A stretch of 45,623 nt of DNA. Source: Octopus bimaculoides (Eukaryota). The DNA lies in contig NC_068981.1 in the NCBI RefSeq assembly GCF_001194135.2, positions 153,436,405-153,482,027 on the forward strand, read 5' to 3'. Positions 35,674 to 45,623 of the stretch are shown here, in pieces (positions within the stretch are counted from its first letter, which is position 1; every line of letters begins with the position of its first letter). Position numbers and translations under genes: made by a program. The notes under the pieces were generated by a model, which had not been told where the DNA came from, did not search any database, and worked only from the letters and a program-made list of their open reading frames with translations.

Positions 35674-36081
35674 TGTATGTATGTATTTATGTATGTATGT
35701 ATCCATGGAGAAATCTTGGTGATGCATGTAGAACGTACGAATTAATAAGTTCCCTTGTCTTTCCTTAATTCCAAATAAGGCTCAGTGGGCACATATGTAC
35801 ACCGCCACAAACGTACGCACATCCAAAGATAATTATGGGAGTTACGGAACTACAAAAACAAAATCGATAAATTAGACATATGGAAGCGTAATTAGTTTTA
35901 CTGTTAAGGAACCTCATCTTAAAACACATATTTTGAAGAAAACAAGAAACTCATATCTCAAAAGTTTTCTACATCAAGGAACACGTCTATCTGTTCATAT
36001 ATACATACTTACATTCTCTTTCTCTTTCTCTCTATCTCTATCTATCTACTTATCAACCTCTTTTTTCTCTCCCTTTATTTC

Positions 36082-36113
<32 letters not shown>

Positions 36114-36366
36114 GCACACGCACCCGCACACACAAATATATATGTATATACTTAGATATGCATATAGATGCGTAAGTGTGTGTGTGTTCGCATATGCATT
36201 CCCCTATCCATAATATAGATATAAATACACATATGTACATATATACACACACACACAAATACATATGCATGCATATGTGTATATATATATGTATAAATAT
36301 AGAGTATGGATTTGCATGGCTATAATGTGTGTGTGTGTGTGTGTGTGTTTGTGTGTGTTTGTGTGT

Positions 36367-37606
36367 GTGTGTCTAAGTCTACTTAAATATACGTACATAA
36401 TATATATATACAAGCATATTTATACTAAAAGATATAAAGATGCAAACTAATGTAAATTCGTTTGCACCACGTGTGTAGCAATTGGTTGAAGCAAAATTCT
36501 ATCCCTGAATCATGCAATGCACTCACACACACACACACACATACACACAGACATGCACATACACACACACACATACACACATATACACACAGACACGCAC
36601 ATACACACAGACAAACAGACACACACATTCACTCACACATATACATCCATACATACACATACACAGACACTACACAGATACGCGCGCAAAGACGTGTCAA
36701 GTGTATGTATTGCGTTCTGATGTAGATATATACACATCTACTCACTATTATTTTCTCACACAAGCATTCATACACACACACATGTACATATATACATACA
36801 TACGTACATGCACACATACACACAGACACATACATACATACATACATACATACATACATACATACATACATACATACAAATAGATACACATCTATGCATG
36901 GATCTGTTTCATTACAAAGAAAAACTAAAAACGAAGAAGGGGAAAAAAACAAGGAAATTCGCCCACAACAAAACCAAATATTCCCAGCTTACAGAATCAT
37001 AATACACACATTGTAATTGTGAAATAATAACGGTAATAACAAATGCACACTTCGCTCGCACATTCTATAATATTTTCCACTCGGAACTAACATTTCGTTC
37101 CACTGGAAATTCAGAATAATTTTGATATGAATCCAAAATGATGAAGCAATTTTTGCAATCATCTACAATCTACGAGAAAATTTGATAATTACGCCCGTAT
37201 CTTTTTCTCTCCCTCTTAATGATAGTGCGACATGGTGGTTCGGAAACTAAGTTTCTTCTCTTGTCTGATCCTGATCGAGAATTCGTTCGTTCGCTTAAGT
37301 GAGTTAAGACTGATGACTAAATAGAACTTTACTATTGAAGACAATAAAGCAAAAAAAAACGGGAAATAAGGAATGGCACGGATGGATTTAAGGACGAGAA
37401 AGGAAATATACAAACTTCCACTAAAACTTGATCTGAGGTAACCTCTTTTTGCAAATGTAGCGAATGCAAGCTTATAAACATAAAGACGTGTGAGTGTGTG
37501 AGAGAGAGAGGGAGAGACAGAGACAGAAACAGAGAAAGTGCGTGTGTGCGTGGAGAGACGATTAGAAGTACGTGATCACACATGCAACTCAAGAATATAC
37601 TATGTA

Positions 37607-37640
<34 letters not shown>

Positions 37641-37786
37641 ATTATACATATATAGATTTTGCTTCAACCAATTGCTACACACGTGGTGCAAACGAATTTA
37701 CATTAGTTTGCATCTTTATATCTTTTAGTATAAATATGCTTGTATATATATATTATGTACGTATATTTAAGTAGACTTAGACACAC
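36367..37786. repeat. Identical inverted duplication (36367-36497 vs 37656-37786)
   Basis: ctaagtctacttaaatatacg...ggttgaagcaaaat is reverse complemented with no mismatch that I could find over about 131 bp. Confidence 0.9.
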
Positions 37787-37832
37787 GTCTATAAAGCTCA
37801 TTTACACACTTTCTCTCTCCTCCATCTCCCTT

Positions 37833-37920
<88 letters not shown>

Positions 37921-38190
37921 GAGCTTCGGTTAGAACTGACCTTGGTCATAGCTAACTCAATAATACCACCTGGAGAAAATATATATATATATATTTTTTT
38001 TATGATACAGTAATATTTTGGGCACCATAACCTATTTGAGTAAAGAATTATTATTTGCAATCTGGATGTAGGTGATTTTTCTGGAATTTGTTGGAGGAAT
38101 TCGTCCATCAGCCGTCCATGAGGTAAATTGAAGTGAAATAGTTCTGCGTTAGTCTTTTGATGTGATGCAAATACGTGCATACATATACCT

Positions 38191-38415
38191 ATACTCTTTT
38201 ATTTTTTTACTACTTGTTTTAGTCATTTGACTACAGCCATCCTGGAGTACCACCTAAAAGGGTTTTAGTCGAAGAAATCGACCTCAGGACTTATTCTTTG
38301 TAAGCCTAGTACTTACTCTATCGGCTCTGTTTTGCCGAACTGCTAAGTTACGGGAACGTAAGCACACCAACATCGGTTGTCAAGCGATGGGGGAGAGACA
38401 AACACAGACACAAAG

Positions 38416-38466
<51 letters not shown>

Positions 38467-38539
38467 CACAGACACGCATATATATGTATATNNNNNNNNN
38501 NNNNNNNNNNNNNNNNNAGAGACAAACACAGACACAAAG

Positions 38540-38590
<51 letters not shown>

Positions 38591-38780
38591 CACAGACACG
38601 CATATATATGTATATATACAACAGGCTTCTTTCAGTCTCCGTCTACAAAATCCCCACACAAAGGCTTTGGCCAGCCCGAGGCTATAGTAGAAGACACTTA
38701 CCCAAGACGCCACACAGTGGGACTGAACCCGGAACCATGTGGTCGGAAAGCAAGCTTCTGACCACACAGTCACGCCTGCG
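38191..38780 (-). mobile_element. SINE family B, full length (internal microsatellite duplicated across a gap)
   Basis: Tail at 38191, head ends gaccacacagtcacgcctgcg at 38780. Confidence 0.92.
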
Positions 38781-39196
38781 TGCGCATGTGTGTGCGTGCG
38801 TTTATGAATCAGCCAAAATGTAAGAGGTACACAGTCTGATTCTCTGCAACGATTTGTTGACCACTTCTTTCCGACTATAAATGTATTTTATCCGACTCTC
38901 CAAGCAGTTTTCACAGCTATTGTCGAATTTTTCTTCATTTCTAAAATACCAGCTCAATCGGCGCTTCAGTATTTGTTTATGAAAAACTTTCTCACATTTC
39001 AAAAACTATTATTTAGTTTTATAAGAGACGGGATTGAGAGATGTGTAGTTCGATTCTCTGAAGCAGCTTACAGGCCACATTTTTTTCTGTCTGTTTTCCC
39101 GAAGTTTTCGCAGCTTTTTTCTCGTGCGTTCGAGATTTCCACCATTTCTAAAATACCAACTCACTCGGTGTGTCAATGTTTGCTTCTATATATATA

Positions 39197-39920
39197 CTAG
39201 ATGTACTCGTGACCCGTTGGGTCACAACCACTCCAAGTTGAGAATGTCGATAAGCGGCAGCAAAGGAAAAAATACTATTTCAAACTCCATGAAATAAAAT
39301 TCTTAAATAATACAGTTCTCCTGCTTTTAATGTGACAACATAAACATGACCAAGTGTTTCTTCTTTGAAAACGTTCAAATGGCCTTCAACTTTTTTTCTT
39401 CGCATTCTTCGTTGCCATTCTTTGTTACTACTGTTTCAAGTGAGATAGATGGGTACTTCAGCATAATGCAATGTTTTTGCAAAGTCATCATTGATGCACA
39501 ATGAAAAGAATTCTGTCGATGTTGTTCTTATATGTCGTTCATTTGACAACCATATATATCCTCATTATTTCTGATTTTTCATCTGGTAGATGAACTTGCA
39601 GTCTCATTATTGCAGGTGGTCTTTCAGGAATTGAAATCCTAAAATGGATACAACTACTTCGGATTGTCCAATATACCTATCCATTAGAAAGTGATCAAGT
39701 TCATTATCATTATTTATTTGAACAGCAGCTTGGTCATTTCTTTTCAGCGTGTACTTGATGACGTACTTAATTCACCTCACTGAAGCAACGATTTCAACGT
39801 TGCAGTGGTATTTGAATGCTCTTAAAATAGTTTTATCATAAAGTACAACCCATTTGTTGTTGTTTATTTACCCATTCTTATGAGATTCAACTCCTCCCAT
39901 TGCAACTGATCTTCGTCTAT
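39197..39920 (-). mobile_element. Helitron remnant: Rep domain fragment joined to the 3' terminus
   Basis: Minus strand: NKWVVLYDKTILRAFKYHCNVEIVASVR*IKYVIKY...DRYIG...FAKTLHYAEVP...GELYYLRIL; hairpin GTGACCC-GTT-GGGTCAC at 39209-39225; CTAG|T at 39197. Confidence 0.85.
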
Positions 39921-41084
39921 AAAGTCTCTCTGTCTGTTTTTTCTACCTTATGATTAAGATGATAAAGATTAATATTTTATTTTAAATAAAATAGAAATTT
40001 TTTCCCTTGAAGAAACAAAATCAAGTACTCGTGATTCAAAAAATCTCATAAAATATAGAGAGAATTTCTATCTTTCAGTCCACGGCACTCGAAAGTTGTA
40101 TAAATGATTAAGGGAAGAAAAAAGAAAGTAAGAAAAAAAGGACAGACGGTGATAGTTGGTGATAGCTGTGNNNNNNNNNNNNNNNNNNNNNNNNNNNNNN
40201 NNNNNNNNNNNNNNNNNNNNNNNNNNNNNNNNNNNNNNNNNNNNNNNNNNNNNNNNNNNNNNNNNNNNNNNNNNNNNNNNNNNNNNNNNNNNNNNNNNNN
40301 NNNNNNNNNNNNNNNNNNNNNNNNNNNNNNNNNNNNNNNNNNNNNNNNNNNNNNNNNNNNNNNNNNNNNNNNNNNNNNNNNNNNNNNNNNNNNNNNNNNN
40401 NNNNNNNNNNNNNNNNNNNNNNNNNNNNNNNNNNNNNNNNNNNNNNNNNNNNNNNNNNNNNNNNNNNNNNNNNNNNNNNNNNNNNNNNNNNNNNNNNNNN
40501 NNNNNNNNNNNNNNNNNNNNNNNNNNNNNNNNNNNNNNNNNNNNNNNNNNNNNNNNNNNNNNNNNNNNNNNNNNNNNNNNNNNNNNNNNNNNNNNNNNNN
40601 NNNNNNNNNNNNNNNNNNNNNNNNNNNNNNNNNNNNNNNNNNNNNNNNNNNNNNNNNNNNNNNNNNNNNNNNNNNNNNNNNNNNNNNNNNNNNNNNNNNN
40701 NNNNNNNNNNNNNNNNNNNNNNNNNNNNNNNNNNNNNNNNNNNNNNNNNNNNNNNNNNNNNNNNNNNNNNNNNNNNNNNNNNNNNNNNNNNNNNNNNNNN
40801 NNNNNNNNNNNNNNNNNNNNNNNNNNNNNNNNNNNNNNNNNNNNNNNNNNNNNNNNNNNNNNNNNNNNNNNNNNNNNNNNNNNNNNNNNNNNNNNNNNNN
40901 NNNNNNNNNNNNNNNNNNNNNNNNNNNNNNNNNNNNNNNNNNNNNNNNNNNNNNNNNNNNNNNNNNNNNNNNNNNNNNNNNNNNNNNNNNNNNNNNNNNN
41001 NNNNNNNNNNNNNNNNNNNNNNNNNNNNNNNNAAAAGGTAAACAGGCAAGATGAAGAGCGTGATTCGATTGTAATAGATTTTAT

Positions 41085-42425
41085 TGGTTGAACGATATTT
41101 CAACAGTAAGTCTGTCTTTGTCAAGTTAAAAAAAAAGAGGTGATAAAAATTCAAAATTATAGAAATTTAAATTTCAAATGAACGAGAGCAGCCAGCGTCC
41201 ACAAGTTGATGGAATGACGTCATCAGTCTTTAAGTTTCAATTTTATAACAGGCGAAAAGAAAAAGACAGAAAAAAGAAGACAGGAAAAAAAGAGGAAAAA
41301 AAAAGAAAAGGAAAAAGAAGAATATTTAATCAGACAGTTTGTATAAATTTGATGATGTTCTCCTGTCATTTTATTCATTCCTCCAGGGCGTGGTGTTAAT
41401 AACCCGAAAACATATTTCTCCTCAAGCACTCTGAGAAGTGAAAGTGAAGTAGATTTAGAATATTTTCTGAGAATATGCAAATGAAATAGTTAGGATTAGC
41501 AAAGATAGTCAAACCTTCACGCATAATTTTAGCAAACAATACAATAGATGACAGAATTCTTTTACTGATTAACTGGCACCGAAATTTCGCTGGCATTTCA
41601 AAAGTGTTGCATGAAAGTTACCAGCATGTGGCGAAAAAATATCCTCGTTTCATACAGATATTTCCTCAGCTGCCTATAGACGGATTAAAAGTATAAGAGA
41701 ATTATTGACCTTTATTTCTGACTCCAAGAAAACGAACATTGAAGTATCTGCACGCTGTACCTTGAAAAACAGCCCTATTCATTGAGCAATATCATAAGTC
41801 AAATGAATTCCATCAGGAATCATAACAGAAATATTATAATTTATACAGATGGTGGGACGTGTAGAGATTCCCGTTTCGTGTACGCGGCAGAATGCACGAA
41901 ACACAACTTGATTTATGTTGGTTGTACAACAGAACAATTAAACAAAAGGTTTAATGAGCACAGATTCGACGTCAGGTTTGACAAGAACAGTAGTTCGACA
42001 GAACTTGCTGAACATTTCGTTTCAAACGGCTGCAATTTTGAAAAATATCTGAAAGTGCAGCATATTCTGAAAAAATATTCTGAATCTACTTCTCAGAATG
42101 CATGAAGAGAAATATGTTTGCCGGTCATTAACATCACGCCCTGGAGGAATGAATAAAATGGCAGGAGAATATCATCAAATTTATACAAAACTGATTAAAT
42201 ATTCTTCTTTTACCTTTTCTTTTTTCTTTCCTCTTTTTTTTTTCTGTCTCTCTTCTGTCTTTTTCTTTTCGCGTGTTATAAAATTGAAACTTAAAGACTG
42301 ATGACGTCATTCCATCATCGTGTGGACGCTGGTTGCTCTCGTTTATACTTAAAATTTAGATTTCTATAATTTTGAATTTTGAATTTTGTCAAAGACAGAC
42401 TTACTGTTGAAATATCGTTCAACCA
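41085..42425 (+). mobile_element. Penelope-like element with inverted terminal copies (41085-41478 vs 42060-42425)
   Basis: The arms are reverse complements with scattered mismatches and indels; the central region encodes the linker and GIY-YIG domain. Confidence 0.9.
41570..42200 (+). pseudogene. Penelope GIY-YIG endonuclease, frameshifted
   Basis: HRNFAGISKVLH...AYRRIKSIRELL; FVYAAECTKHNLIYVGCT...LNKRFNEH...ELAEHF; E.KYV...PGGMN. Confidence 0.9.
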
Positions 42426-42428
42426 TTA

Positions 42429-42513
<85 letters not shown>

Positions 42514-42519
42514 CATTAT

Positions 42520-43610
42520 GCATCGTTTGTGCTACACGTCTTTCTGCAGCTCATCTCATTGATAGAGATGCAGTCATGGGTCAAACGTAGACCAGGGCTG
42601 GACGTTTGGCATCTAGAATGTTGCCAGGCGCTCATTGTATTGTACCAGCTGCCCAAAACCGTTAGCAGGAAAACAACTCAAGATTTCTATAGGGAGCCAC
42701 TTGAGGGTATGAGTGGTGATGGCCTAGGATTGAATCTAGGCATCGACAAGAACAGTCTGAGTAGTCTCTTCCAGAGGACCTTCGGGTCGAAGATCATAGC
42801 AATTTCCAAAAGTCTTTGGCTTGGCAGTGCTACAGAGGGGCATTACCTGTTCAAGACAAGCTCTTCAGGCATGGAAGTGCCAACAGCTGAACCTGCCTGA
42901 GATGCTTGCAGGGAGACGAAACCGTCCTGCATGCAATACGTCAGTGCCCGTGCATTAGAGAGTTGTGGAATTGTGTGGGATAGCTGTTGTCGCGTGTAAG
43001 GCGAATTCAGCTGTCTGCCGAATGTATAGTGAAATCGACGCACCGCCTTCTCTTAGCAGAGAAGGAAGGCAGATCTTTCTCTGTTTAGTGGCTGTGGCAA
43101 AAGAGGCTGCGTGGTGGACCTGTCAGAAAGGTTTGAAGACAGGCACATTCCTATTTGGTCAAGCCCTCATCAATTTCTTCAAATATCATTTGAAGAGGAA
43201 GGTGAGGATAGAGAGGGAGGTGCTGCCTTCTAATGTGTTTATCAAAAGGTGGTCGACAGTGACAAGACTAAGGAGCCTGAGTGGATCTACTCTGAATTTG
43301 CTTTTCTAAGCAGGAAGAAAGAAACTGGAAGTGAGCACTTTCCCAGCCCTTGGAGATGGCAGAGTAATCCGAGATTTTTGTGGGGGATTTACCCCGGATC
43401 ACTCTAAGTGGACTGCCCCGTTATTGGGATTCTATCTATTTATTATTATTTATTTCACTACTTTCTATTATACATCCTTTGTTATATGCTTTAATGTGGT
43501 AGTATTGATGTTAACCCACATGTTTCTGTTTTTGTAATCTTTTTTTCTGCTGTAACTCGTCGTTCGATATTGTCCTCCATTCTGCAGCTCTTGTGGTCAA
43601 TAAAAGGAAT
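42520..43610 (+). mobile_element. L1/Tx1-clade LINE, 5'-truncated, flanked by (ATT)n on both sides
   Basis: KSLAWQCYRGALPVQDKL...CLRC-x8-H-x4-C (CCHC knuckle)...LVAVAKEAAWW; ORF stop at 43309; 3' UTR with AATAAA at 43599. Confidence 0.8.
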
Positions 43611-43630
43611 CATCATTATTATTATTATTA

Positions 43631-43692
<62 letters not shown>

Positions 43693-43930
43693 GCGAGGTC
43701 GACTTTGCCTTTCATCTATTTGGGGTCGATAAATTAAGTACCAGTGGAATACTGGGGTCGATATAATCGACTAGTACCCTCCCACCAAATTTCAGGCCTT
43801 GTGCCTTTACTAGAAAGGTCAACTTTGCTTTCAGCATTCCAGGATCGATAATATGAGTACCAGTTGAGTACCGAGGTCGATGTAATCAACTTACCCTACC
43901 CTCCGAAATTGTTGGCCTTGTGCCAAAATT
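43693..43930 (+). mobile_element. Two tandem 5'-truncated SINE A copies within (ATT)n
   Basis: Both start at aggtc(g/a)actttgc (about 43696 and 43816) and end after ggccttgtgcc. Confidence 0.88.
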
Positions 43931-43960
43931 ATTATCATTATTATTATACGATTATTATTA

Positions 43961-45339
<1,379 letters not shown>

Positions 45340-45340
45340 C

Positions 45341-45395
<55 letters not shown>
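45341..45395. repeat. (TAA)n array between two divergent LINE copies
   Basis: Visible. Confidence 0.97.
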
Positions 45396-45398
<3 letters not shown>

Positions 45399-45623
45399 GC
45401 AAAAGAAATAGACAGAGAAAAATCCCAGCAATGGTTGAGAAGCTCAGGACTCAAAGCAGAGACTGAAGGATTTTTAATTGCTGAACAAGACCAAAGCCTC
45501 CCCATCAGAAATTACCAAAAACATATAATGAAAAGAAACATAACAAGTAACTGCAGAATATGTGGCGATGGACAAGAAACAATAAACCATATTATCTCTG
45601 GCTGCCCAGTCCTGGCTAAGAAG
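45396..45623 (+). mobile_element. R4/Dong-like LINE, 5'-truncated, open to the window end
   Basis: NAKEIDREKSQQWLRSSGLKAETEGFLIAEQDQ...CRICGDGQETINHIISGCPVLAKK; intact CCHC knuckle and no stop in 76 codons. Confidence 0.92.

Noticed and set aside
38395-38610. Direct duplication of the SINE-internal microsatellite
   Set aside because: The same sequence lies on both sides of a 26-N gap, typical of unmerged overlapping contig ends.
42294-42345. Hammerhead in the Penelope terminal repeat
   Set aside because: CTGATGA and a stem are present, but the GAAA box and stem III/cleavage triplet are absent in both copies.

Overview
AT-rich, gap-ridden animal genomic DNA made mostly of compound microsatellites and layered transposon debris. 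The SINE families match ones I recall from octopus, so a cephalopod origin is inferred, not proven. Most ORFs in the supplied track are microsatellite or N-gap artefacts. Elements supported by the sequence: several tRNA-head SINE families (my labels A, B, C, E) and an unclassified short repeat (D); two hAT-type MITEs with 8-bp TSDs; a truncated mariner; two Helitrons, one retaining Rep motifs; a Penelope GIY-YIG element with inverted terminal copies; six restriction-like-endonuclease (R4/Dong-like) LINE fragments; a Tx1/L1-clade LINE 3' end; and a foldback element with a SINE in one arm. Less expected: several minimal hammerhead-ribozyme-like motifs, a phase-consistent chain of six candidate exons (5318-13050, +) giving an unidentified 156-aa ORF, and a train of retroelements strung on (ATT)n/(TAA)n arrays at 42.4-45.6 kb. 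There is no CRISPR array, rRNA or intact tRNA. All translations and alignments were done by eye, with no database search.
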